Assembly: GCF_000002075.1 (NCBI RefSeq)
Contig: NW_004797352.1
Location: 599,117-661,753 of the forward strand
Direction of reading: 5' to 3'
Length of the DNA: 62,637 nucleotides
Source: Aplysia californica
Lineage: Eukaryota
In this document: positions 43,901 to 55,900 of the stretch, piece after piece
Position numbering within the stretch: position 1 is the first letter of the stretch
Layout: each line of letters begins with the position of its first letter
Notes under the pieces: generated by a model
Told to the model about the DNA's origin: nothing
The model's database searches: none
The model's input: only the letters and a program-made list of their open reading frames with translations
Made by a program: the position numbers and the translations under genes

Positions 43901-46900
43901 AAGCATTTCTCATTTGAACCAATAGCTCTCTTCACCACAGGGAGGAATGTCTTGAGTTTATTGGAAACCTCAGCACTCTTCATGACGTTGTCATTCTTGT
44001 AAGTTACTGCCACTCCTGATGTGGTGTCTTCTATGATAGCTTCAATGCCTTTCTCACGTAGAATATGATTCATCCTGGTTTTTAAAAAAGGAGACTGTAA
44101 CAGTTTAGTTTGAGAAGTTTCTAGGTTTGGGACCAAAGACTTGTACCGAGCAGTTTCTTCTAAAATCGACATCTGTACATCTTTTCTTTCATCTTCCTCT
44201 CCTCCGGAGATTAAAACAGAACTTCTTGTAGTATCCATTTCCAAGAGAACATCATGATGCGTCTCTTTAAGAATCTTCATGGAATTTGAACGTTCCAAAA
44301 GGACTAGGTTTGCTTTTCCCCCCACAGGGACAGCAATAACTTCCTGTTGGGGAGCATCAGAAGCTGCTTCTTCAGGATTACTTGCATCTGCCCTTATAGC
44401 ATCAGGATCTTCCAAAGGAAGCTGACTATATTTCCATGCCTTTGAACTAAGACAAGGAAAGTACTCAGTTATTGTCAATTTTGAATCTTCCAGCTGATGT
44501 TCTCTCGACTTAACTGACAGAAGAGCTGAAATATATAAAATATGTTTTCTTTGTAAAACAATTTATCAAAACATTGTTGCTTAATTTCTTTTTGTCACTA
44601 GAACATAAGAACAAATAGTAATACATTTTAATAGTAATTATCAAAAATACTATACAAAAAAAATTAAGTTCACAATGGTTGTGAATCCATCCAGTCGAAT
44701 AAAACATTCAACTGAACCAGTATAATCAAAGAGTTTTTTTACTGGTACTTTTAACTTTACAAGTCAAACCGGTACCTTATGGAATTTTTATTGAACTAAA
44801 TTTCAGTTTCACTATAAAGATTTTTGTTCTCTTTGACCATGAATAAACATATTATTATCGTCGGCTGAGAATTTTAACCATCTAACTCTGATTTCGTAAA
44901 TTTTTCAGGAGAGACAAAAAACTGAATTCAATGGCATTTGTGGGGATTTACTGCCTTTAAATGCACTAGACTAAAATAAATGACTTTACTTTTAAGTATA
45001 TATAAATATCAAAATTGCCGAAATTTTGATATTTTAAGTCCTAAACCAGAGTTATACGGATAGACCACCCAGTTTTGGATTTCTAAATGTCCAAGTGCCG
45101 AAGAACGAAATGTTCGTTTAGAATTCTCCAACCTGGTAGGGACGTCGTGCGCTTCACTACATCTAACTCGGTCATTATATACCACGGAAGGAAATTGTAC
45201 GGTTACAATTCTCACAGTCGAGTGATGATGGCTTGCTCTCTGCGTTGTAGATCTAGTTGTTTTGTTAATGTTACCAAAAAACTCGAAATGATTAGATATG
45301 CAGTCAATCCAATAGTAAGCCGACTAAAAAATATCTTATTCGTTTTACATAGTACTAATGTACCGGTGCTTCTATCTAAAATCTAACGATAATACTTTTA
45401 GAACACAAACTTAACGTCACACTTTTTTTCACATAATATTAGTAAGGCAATACAGCTACAATTCGATCCACAATTCTGAAAGAAATTGTGAGAAGGGTTG
45501 GTNNNNNNNNNNNNNNNNNNNNNNNNNNNNNNNNNNNNNNNNNNNNNNNNNNNNNNNNNNNNNNNNNNNNNNNNNNNNNNNNNNNNNNNNNNNNNNNNNN
45601 NNNNNNNNNNNNNNNNNNNNNNNNNNNNNNNNNNNNNNNNNNNNNNNNNNNNNNNNNNNNNNNNNNNNNNNNNNNNNNNNNNNNNNNNNNNNNNNNNNNN
45701 NNNNNNNNNNNNNNNNNNNNNNNNNNNNNNNNNNNNNNNNNNNNNNNNNNNNNNNNNNNNNNNNNNNNNNNNNNNNNNNNNNNNNNNNNNNNNNNNNNNN
45801 NNNNAGGGAGAGAGAAAAACAGATAAAGTAGAGTGAAGAAAGACAAGAGAGACCTTCAATAATGTAAAAAGAAAGCAAGAACAAACGTCTTGGTCTATCT
45901 ATAGACATTATATTGGAAATTTTATTTGAGATTAAGTTAAAAAAAAAAATCCAGAAAAACGTAGCCAGAAGTGCGACAGAAAACTACATACCGTCTACCA
46001 GTACAAGAAATTAAAATACTTCTTACTAAAAACATGATTTAACTCAGTTGGAAGACTCCAGAAGAAAAATATGACTTATATATAAAGCTCAACTAAACCT
46101 CATACAAAATATCCCAACCCAATTTATGGCACAAATCCCAAATTTCTCATAAAAAGTCAGTAAGATGAGGTGTGCCATAGCAGCATCCAGTGTCAACAAC
46201 CATAAATTCATCTATTGTCCAAGCATCATTAAAAGGCTTTGGAACGCACTACCCACTAAAGCTAAAGCTCTGGCTAGCTAAATATAAAAATAAAATACAT
46301 AAACCAAAGCAGAATGCACTGCATATTAAATTAGATTCAGTAGAAATTTTTAACATACGCACTGGTGACGTACTAAATTCTAAGTGTTTCTGCTTACTGG
46401 AAGAAGATGAAGTATTTATAAAAATAGTCTCAATCCAGCATTTACAAAAAAATAAAGTATTCTTTGCAAGTCACATTGTAAAATTTTGCATTTAAGTCAT
46501 AAGAACATCGTGATACATCAAACTGATAATTTGGTGGCAAAGGTCAAGATGTGAATACATGCAGTTTCACTTGTGACACAAAACTGTGGCGGTGGACAAA
46601 CAATTTGGCCTAGTGGGGTTGTTGTTGTTGTTGTTTTCAAATCCCTTTAGCTGCGAGCATTTTGCTCTTAGCAGAGCAATGCCTCTCTCAAATAACCACA
46701 TGTCCTTGTCATCTGGTCAGCGCCAGAGTAGAGCAGGCTTTGTAAGTGTGTAGGTGTGTGAAGGAGCCTGCGTCGAAGAACTGCCAATTTTGGGCAGTGA
46801 AGGAGAAGATGTTCAACGGTCTCCTCGTGGTAGTCACAGTGTCTGCAATGGGGTTCCCACATGGGGTTAATTCTATTTATGTGCTTGTTGGTGTGTAAGT

Positions 46901-49900
46901 GTCCTGTGCGCGCTCTGAAGATCAAAGTCTGATCAGCTCTACATAAGAGATTCGATGGGTCTTTGGGGTTGGGTTTGTCCATGTACCCGAAGAGAGATCT
47001 TCCTGTTTCTGCGTTGGCCCATCTGTTTAGCCACTCGTCTCTGCTTTTGGCTAGGATGATCCCTCTGCAGGCCTGTAAAGAGGCGACTGTGTCTGTCTGG
47101 GGCAGGCTTGCTCCAGTCTTCGATAGCTGGTCTGCAGTCCCATTCCCTGGTACTCCAGAATGGCCAGGCACCCACTGCAGTGTGACCCGGACGCCATAGG
47201 TAGTGCCCATCTGTTTTACAAGGCTGAGAATGTTCCTGTCACCTCTGTAGTCTCCTCCTCCCTCGACGTCTTGGAGTACTGACATTGAGTCAGAGAAGAC
47301 AACAACATCCCCCGGTGTTACTGCGCCTTCAAAAAAGTCTTGGGTGATCTGCTCCAGGGTCTTTACTATGGCAACTCTCTCTGCGTCATAGTTGGAGCTG
47401 TATGTTCCACATGGGCCAAATAGTTGGGTCTGCTTCATGGCCTAGTGGGGTAGATTGTCATAGAAACTGTGGTAGTCACATGGCACAACAGACTTCATTT
47501 CTTGCATATTTTGAACTTGGCCAGCATAGTTTTTCTTCTACCCTGGTACAGAGGCAGTTCCTTCATGCCTTTATGGAGAATGTCTGTGGAATCGCCACGC
47601 TTCAATGGCAGATGTGACCAGTCATCATCAAATCCCAGTTTGTACTTAATTTGACCATCTGGTGTGTACTAAAGAGCTCTTAAGTTAAAAAAAACCCCAG
47701 GGTCCCCCTTACCATGGCCTGGTCTAATTGAACACAGGTTGGTCAGTTTGGTGAAACTAGAAAAGAAATCATGAGTCAAATAATTGACAACATTTGGCTT
47801 CAATTTCCTACTTTCTTCCATGAGCCTGACATAATCAGTTGGGCAGTAGATGGACTTATTCTTAAACCTCTGCTCGATAGTGCTGTGAGCACAGTCCACC
47901 TCCATCTGTGTATGGCCCTTCTCCAGGAAATTCTGTGATACAGTAATACGTAATACCATTGACAGAGCTGAAATGTAACAGTGCAGAACTCACTGTGACA
48001 TTGCGGTTCTGATAACCACATCCATCTGAATACAATATGAGATATTCGTCTGGAGTCAAATCAGATGACAAAAAATCAGCCACACAAGAAGCAAATTCAT
48101 TTGCAGTCAGAGCACCCTCGCATTCATTCCAGAAACAACATACACAGTCCTTGCTCTATAGATAATATACAGTAAAATTATGGACACACAATTTTGTCCT
48201 ACAATACAAAGCAGATGCATTAGTGCGTGGATGAAGCAGAACTGATTGCAGGTCCATGGTGATACATTTAATTTTGGGGTTGCCCATGCATTTTTCCTGG
48301 TTTGCCGTCTTTTCATCCTGTGCATGCTGCGCTTAGCTCTCAAGCGATGCTGACGGTATGCACCCTCTTCCACATTTCCCTCCTCAAAACCCACACAAAG
48401 ATCACACCTATCTTTTCGAGGACGGAACATTGAAGGTAGAAAGTACCTTGACCCCCCACCTCCACCGACCCCAGACTCACACTTTTCTTCATTTAAAAGG
48501 TACACTGCATGTAAGTTCTGGAAAACAGGTTCCAAGTATAACTTACAGGAGTCCTTCAGCAATAGTGAGATGGCAACTTGGGCAGATCACGAAGAAACCG
48601 TTTAAGTACCTTTGATTCTGTAGTCTCCTCCCTCGTCCTTTTTTCTCTGAGCTGGAACCTCACCCCTCTGCTACACCCAACCTACAAGTGAGAACATTGT
48701 GAACCCACCAGTTGCAGTCCTATAGTACTCAGAAAGAAAGCCTTACACACTTTGACTCTGGTCCGATTCACATGCAGATCGTACTTCATGGACCATGATC
48801 TTCTGCTTTCTCTCTCCTTTTTCTCCTCAGGCTCGACACAGTCGAAACCCTTTAACAAAAGCAGCCTTTTCTGGCTTGGTCAAAGTCCAAACATAATCAA
48901 ACACTTCTTTCTGTCCCGCGTCAGTCACTGTCTCACAATTTGCTTTTTTGCTATCACACTTTTTCCCAATCTTTTTGCCAGGCTTCAAAACTTCTTCAAA
49001 AGGTTCCCTGATCATTATATGTTCTCCCAATATACTCCAACCCATTCTCTCTTCTGGTCTTTTTGATGGTTGCTTTCCACTTCTCTAGCTGTCTCTTTCT
49101 CTTCCCTTGTTGTTTTAGCGCCCTCATTTGGTGAACCTCCGGCTCATTTGCTGATGAAAAGAAGAAAAGAAAAGAGAGGAGATATTAAGTACACATTAAT
49201 AAAAAAATGTATTTTGTTTCACTTTGTTTGCTTTTTGTAAGTTTTGCTATCAACACCGATGAAACCTACTCAAGAGTAGACTGAGAAGACTGAATTTTTG
49301 TTAGGGTGTGTATTTCCACACTACTAAACAATATCGTTAAAAAGGTAAATCAGAGGCAGTACGAATGAAGAGACTTCGGTCGTTCAATCTGAATCCATCC
49401 ATCCTTCACATATTCTACACCACCACAATAGAAACTTTGACAACTCGATGGTTTTATCACACTACTGGTCAAATATTGAAGGATTCTATCTGTACAACTC
49501 GCTATCAGAACTGATGTCAGCAAGGTTATCACAACGTTTTGGATATTAATGGTGAGAATATCGAGAATGATAGTTTGTACATGTGCATGAACCAAACCAA
49601 AGTACTTACCTTGTCATGAATGCACTGTTGATGAAGATACAAAAAAGAAATTCAGAGTAATGCGTGATCGGCGGTGATCGCCGCACTGATCCCGTGATCC
49701 GTAACGGTGGGCGACCAAAACAAAATAGACGGTTAGAATTCTTCAGTCGCGGAAGCCAAGCGGAATGTACGTTTAGAATTCCACTACAAAACAAGACTTT
49801 TGATTTGTCAAATTTGTTTGGGATTTTAATAGGACGTAGCCCTTCGTCATGTTGACCTATTTTTAGAAAAAACGCAATTCAAGAAAATTCGGAGTTAGAC

Positions 49901-52900
49901 AGTCAGAATTCTCGGCGGACGATATATACATAGTGGGAATATTAAAATTTGTTTCTTCCTTATTTACTTTCATTACTGCTTCAACATAATGGAATGGACA
50001 GATTTTAAGTTGGGTGAAGCCCTTTGAAAGACTGAAAATAGAGAAAGATGGAAAAAAGTGGTAGCCCAATCATCCTGAGAGCCACAGCGGTCATCTAGAC
50101 TAAGGGATGAATTTCAATTTTAAAAAATTTCGCTGCTTCAGATAAGTCCTGCTGAACAAAACAAAACAAAATCTTATTCTCTCTCTCTCTTCCAACAGCA
50201 CTCCTGCCAACCAGAAATGAACAACTTGTCTTACTTGATGTGTTCTGAAACTCCACAACTGCAGATGAAAAATCTCTTCTTTGTATTTGCTGTACAAGCC
50301 CTCCTCCACTTCTCCCAGGGTTTTCAAAGTAACGCTCCAAGGATGCGTCCGTTATATCTTCCTTGAGGCCTGATACAAGCACACTGCTGGTCAGAAGGAC
50401 AGGAGCCACTACAACTGGTGTATCCAAAAACAATTCCCTGCACTGCCACAGTAAAGTGCTTAAATCTGAGAATGAAAGCACAAAGGAAAGATTATTCAAA
50501 AGGAAGGGAACTAGTTCCTTCTGGAGCATCAAAACCTATCAAGGATACAATTATAATATATATACATTTCCGCAGTGGAAGTCCACGTCTTGTTTTCTCT
50601 ATACTGTCCCATCTTACAAGTAAAATGAGACACAGAATAAAATTCTTCTTACTGAAAGCCATACTTTGAGGGACAATAAGACCAGTTGCTTAAAACAAGT
50701 TTTATTTGTTAGAGTATTAGAAGTCAGCACGTCTACTGATTTGATGCTGCATCATCGTTCGGGGTTTTTTTTCTCCTTGTTTTTGTCATTAATCAGAAAT
50801 ATTTGCTTGCCTGTATTACAACTGTGTCTTCATATGCAATATCTTAATTCTCTTTTTTACATTTTGGAGGATTTCTATTGCTGAAAATGCTAACATTTAC
50901 ATAATAAAATATTTTAAATAGAATTTGGTGCGACAAAGCAGGAATGGGCTTACGACTTGTAAGAGTTCATAAATTTAAAGTTTGGCCAAACTTTTGTGAT
51001 TCTCTGCTGAGGGTAAGATGGAGTGGGGAGGGAGTGGGGTAGGGGTCTCCTTTGCACAGGAAAGGCAGTGAATAGGAGGTAGCTCTAGCCATGTGAGAAA
51101 GAATAAACTTTTGTTTAAGTTTGAGTAAAGACACAATAACAGCCTTTCTAAGCAGAGAAGAATCAACAGAAGGAAAAAAAAGAAGCAGGATCTACCATTG
51201 GCACCTTCCAACCAGCCATGAATTTAAAACTGAACACCTTACATAAATGTGTCATGATGTGGTGAAATCTGGTGCTTGTCAACTTTTGGGCATATATATA
51301 TATATGTGTTGCGACGTGGTGGAGTCAGGCGTTTGTCAATTTATGGGCATATTGGGTTATTTGTATCATCTTTAAGCCTGTTCATTTGCCTTGCTTTTGG
51401 TGAAAAAAGCACCCACATATCTTTGATGCAAGTTGAGATATTGGCGATTGAAGGAGATGGGGTAGCCTGGTTTCAGAGGTGAAATTGGCGAGAAAATGGC
51501 CTCCAAAGTTTCGTAATTTCCCATAGCTTGAGAGTCCTAGGAAACTGAAAATTGACATTTTGTGTGCCTTTAATAAATATTTTTCAGTAAAATCCACACA
51601 GAAATACATTTTTTTAAAATGGATATAAAAGGCGTTCAGCCCCCTCCAAAAAAAGAAAAAAAAAGAAAATTTGAAAAAAATTGCTCAACAGTCAGAAAAA
51701 TGCCAATTTCTTTAATTTCATTTTTTTGACGAGTGCCTGATTTCCCCACGATGTCTCACATATAGTTATTGGTATGCTCTTTAAGTTTGTTTGTTTTTCT
51801 TGCAAAAAATATCCATCTATCTTGAATAGAATTTGAGATATTTGCAATTGAATGAGGTGGCAGTAGCCTGACGTCAGAGGTAAACTTAGTGAAAAAATGA
51901 CCACCACACTTTGGTGAATTCCAAAGCTTGAGGGTCTTTGGAAACGACAGATCAACATTTTTGCGCCTTTTATCAATGTTTTTCAGTAAAAATGCACACA
52001 GAAATGTTTTTAAATAGACATAAAAGAAGTTGTACAAAGAAAAAAAGTTGATAAAAATTGCCCAACATGCGGAAAAATGTCAGGCTTTTTTTTTTCTATT
52101 TCATTATTTTGAGAAGTGCTTGATTTCACCATGATGCCTCACAAATCTCATTGTAGAAGTCCTTTAAGTCCTAAGTCCACTATCTGTCGTTGCTGTGCTT
52201 GCAAAATGGACCATCCCATTATACCTACTTTTGCCATGCGTGTTTCTTTTGTGACTGCCACCACATTTTTGTTTTGGTTTTGCCAACACATATAGTACCA
52301 CCAAACAAAATATAAGGCTAGTTGCATTTTGGAACAACTCTGAGTAATGTCATTTTGCTAACGCAGTGACAATGTGCAATATAATCCAATGAGCATGCAG
52401 CCACAGCTGAAATACCACCTCCAAGCATTAAAGACATTTAAAAAAAAGAGCTTCCATGTTTCGAAGTACTTGTACTAATTAAGACCTATGATGACATGCC
52501 ACTTTCTAAAGAATCATAAGTCAACAACTCATAATTATACAGCCAACACTTCAATGAATTTGGACAATTGCAATCATGAAATGTTGAAAATGTTGTACTA
52601 AAAATTTAACTAAGCAACATTTGTAAACAAAGCCATCAGAAGATTCTATTAAACCAGAACAAGAAGATAATTAAATTTGGACTTTAAAAAAAAATCTCTT
52701 GAATTATAACTGCAAACAAAAATAAACCAGTTCTCAATCACAAAAAAGTTAATGACGTAAAAAGTCAAAAAGTAAAATATACATAACTAGAAATGTATTC
52801 TCTGTCTAATTTTTTTTTCCCGATTTTGTTCATTGGGCCACTAACTTTAATCTAACCCTCCTAGTGTCACTATCAAATAGCCTGGGGTGTCAGGGGAAAC

Positions 52901-55900
52901 TAAACAATTTCATTATTCATGTGTTGCTATGTGCTGGAATCAGGCACTCATCAATTTTGGGCATATGGAGTTATTGGTATAATCCTAAAGCCTGTTCATT
53001 TTCCTTGATTTTGATGAAAAAAAGCTCATTTATCTTGAATAAAAGTCGAGATATTTGCGATTGAAGGAGGTGGGGGTGGTCTTGTGTCAGAGGTAAATTT
53101 AGCGAGAAGATGGCTGCCAAAGTATCTACGGCTGTAGTAGTCTTGAAAACTGAAAAATTACATTTTTTGGTGCCTTCGATCAACATTCATCAGCAAAATT
53201 CAAGCAGGAAAGTGTTTTAAAACTTATAGGTTATTGAGTCCAAAATAAAAAAATTCAATAAAAATGTCTTTCTTTGATTTTATTATTTTGATTAGCGCCT
53301 GATTCCACCACGATGCCTCACATATTATGTGGGAAAGTGCTTTAAGAACAGGCAAACCAAGCAAGTAAAGGCCATAAATAAACCTAAACATTAATTTAAA
53401 AAAAAGTAGAATGTAAATAGTAAATAGGAAGTACAGCTCATGTGTGAAGGATTGAAATGTTAAATTTGGCGATATATAAAAAACAGAATAAACGAACTAA
53501 TAGCAATTCAAATTATGGCTGATTAAATTGTCTGCCACACCTTAGAACAAAACTGACAGTCGATTTAAGAAGCTGTCAACACTTAAGTTGTTCTCGCATT
53601 CGATCCCGACATTGGGGATTGCCTTCTAAGTGACACAACTTCCTGGGCCTTCGGCATATTGTGGTTTCAAATAATTTTTTGAAAAAGACTTGCATCAATA
53701 ACAAATTTATTAAAATATTTCAAACCTGTGTACGTTGTCATGTTCAAACCAATGATGATGGAATTAACTTCCTCCTGCTGGATCTGCTCTTTGACTGAAA
53801 ATCCAGTAGCATTTTCAATCTGATACTTGATGTACTCCATGATTTTGCCATTAGAAAAATCTTGTCCATGCAGTGACATCAAATTGTAATGAAATAAATA
53901 TTCCTCTTCTTTTGCCATGCACACTGAAACAATGTTGTCTGTGACTTTATGCTCTTTCTTGCACATGTCACTGGCTCCTGAAAAAAAAAGAAAGATTAGT
54001 TGATGAAAGTACTGTACACTGTTGGTGTATCTAAATGACTAAACACTTTCTTTCTGTTTGTCTAGTACATGAAGGCAGTGTTTTACTACGTCAAATTTCA
54101 AGAAGTATACTGAGACAACATTACCGAGTCATTTCCTAAAATCACAACATTAATGACTTACTGAAGAAAAAACAACCATCCAAATAAAAATGAGTAATTA
54201 CACGGCAATAAAAGGGAAGAAAGAAGAAACCCAAACAAACACCTCCCTCACCTACCCAAAGGAATAATAAAATACTGAAAGCCTAAACAAATACATTTGA
54301 ACCAATCAGAGTACACATACTTGCATTATTGTTACTCTCTGAAACTATTGTTACTTCTACCTGGTTTAGTTGCCATTAATTACTGTAATAATAATCATCT
54401 CTATTTCTTAATTTCATCAACACTTCTTTGAGTAGAGCAAAAAGGAAGGTATGCAAATAGACTTGTGTCATCAAAATACAGCATTAAAACTATGAGTAGG
54501 TCATTACATAATATGTCATACTAGCTGGGCACCCGTTCGATGAACGGACTCAAAAGAATCAATCGCCAAGTCATTGTCGAATCAGTGCGCAGTGCTAGTG
54601 AACGAAGCCTCACTTTTTTACAATGGTGCCTTAGGAGACAGACTTTCCCAAGATTAGATCAGAACGAAACTAATGAAAAACCGAAAATTAAATTACAGAG
54701 ACTTCAGACTTTAAATGATTCTGAACCACTGTTAATTTTTTCAAATTCGAAAGTTAAGTGATTTGGAAGTTTTAGGTGACCAAAGTGATGAACTTTCACA
54801 AATATAATATACAGATACTGCAAGTAAAATTTTCAAGTTTACAGTCTTTAGTCAGACACGATATTTTATCGCTCAGCCAGTTGAGTGGCAATCAATAACT
54901 CAGTGGTTAAAGCACTGGATACGTTACACGTTACATGGATCTATAGTACACTCCATAACTGTCATCTTGTACAAAACTGATCAGATGCAAATAATCAAAA
55001 TACCAAAAAGCTCAAGTTCGGCTTGTTACAAAAGACACACCTTTTCATTTGATTAACTGGTAGGCCTACAAAGCAAAAAAGGACAGCCGATGGAGCAGGG
55101 AACATTTGTCTGGGAAATCCTCGAGGATGAAAACAGGCTATATATACATTTCAATACTACTGGCAGGGGTAGAAAACTAAAACCAGGGTTTCCACTCACA
55201 AAGAAGAAAACATTTCCTACTTCCTCCCCCCCCCCCCCCCCTCCCGTTTTCTTCTGGCTTTGTATCCATTTTAAAGGGGAATAATTTTTAAAAGATGACA
55301 AAGCGAGGGAAAAGAAAAAAAGAGAAATTAAAAATATGCAAGGTAAAAATCCTATGGCAATGGATTATCCCTCTCAATGAGATGTCAAAAACAGGAGTTG
55401 TAGGATGAATGAACGTAATGAAAACAAAGACGTAATGTAAGAAGTCTCTTCGTACTTGTCGTTTTATCAAATTATGAAAAAAAGGACAGTGGGTTGGTGG
55501 GTGTGGGGGGGATTGTATTCATTGGCTGTTGGCTTGACACTTGCAAAAACAAAAGAAATTGACAGCATGTGTCACAAACCTTAGATCCTGGTTGTGCATC
55601 AGAACACACCATGCTCTGCACTGCAGCTGATTGTTTCAAGTTTTAAACTTGATCTGCTTTTTTCTTAACATTCTCTCGTTGGCCAAGGCTGTCACTGTTA
55701 TCTAATTGCAAAAGCACTGGAATTTTGTAACACCTTGTCAAACAAATGTTGACCTTAGTCTTGGCTTTGCCGCAGCAAATATTTTTCTCAGGACAAAGTG
55801 GCACAGAGCGACTACAAGGGCTCTGCACAGAAAGTGTCAATGTAATACTGTTCAAGTTAGACAGCTGCATGTGACGTAGTGACCTAGACTGTTGGGGTCT

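Larger units (their letters stand above)
44859..49921 (-). mobile_element. Putative full-length decayed Sola1-type DNA transposon with nested LINE fragments
   Basis: Imperfect inverted repeats of about 35 bp (cgtcggctgagaattttaaccatctaactctga / tcggagttagacagtcagaattctcggcggacg) enclosing a transposase pseudogene; flanks ttat / atat. Confidence 0.6.

Noticed and set aside
45398-45908. ORFs containing long X runs
   Set aside because: Assembly gap artefacts.
46668-47438. Stand-alone host RNase H gene
   Set aside because: Bounded by a 14-bp TSD and a (CAA)n tail; it is a 5'-truncated LINE.
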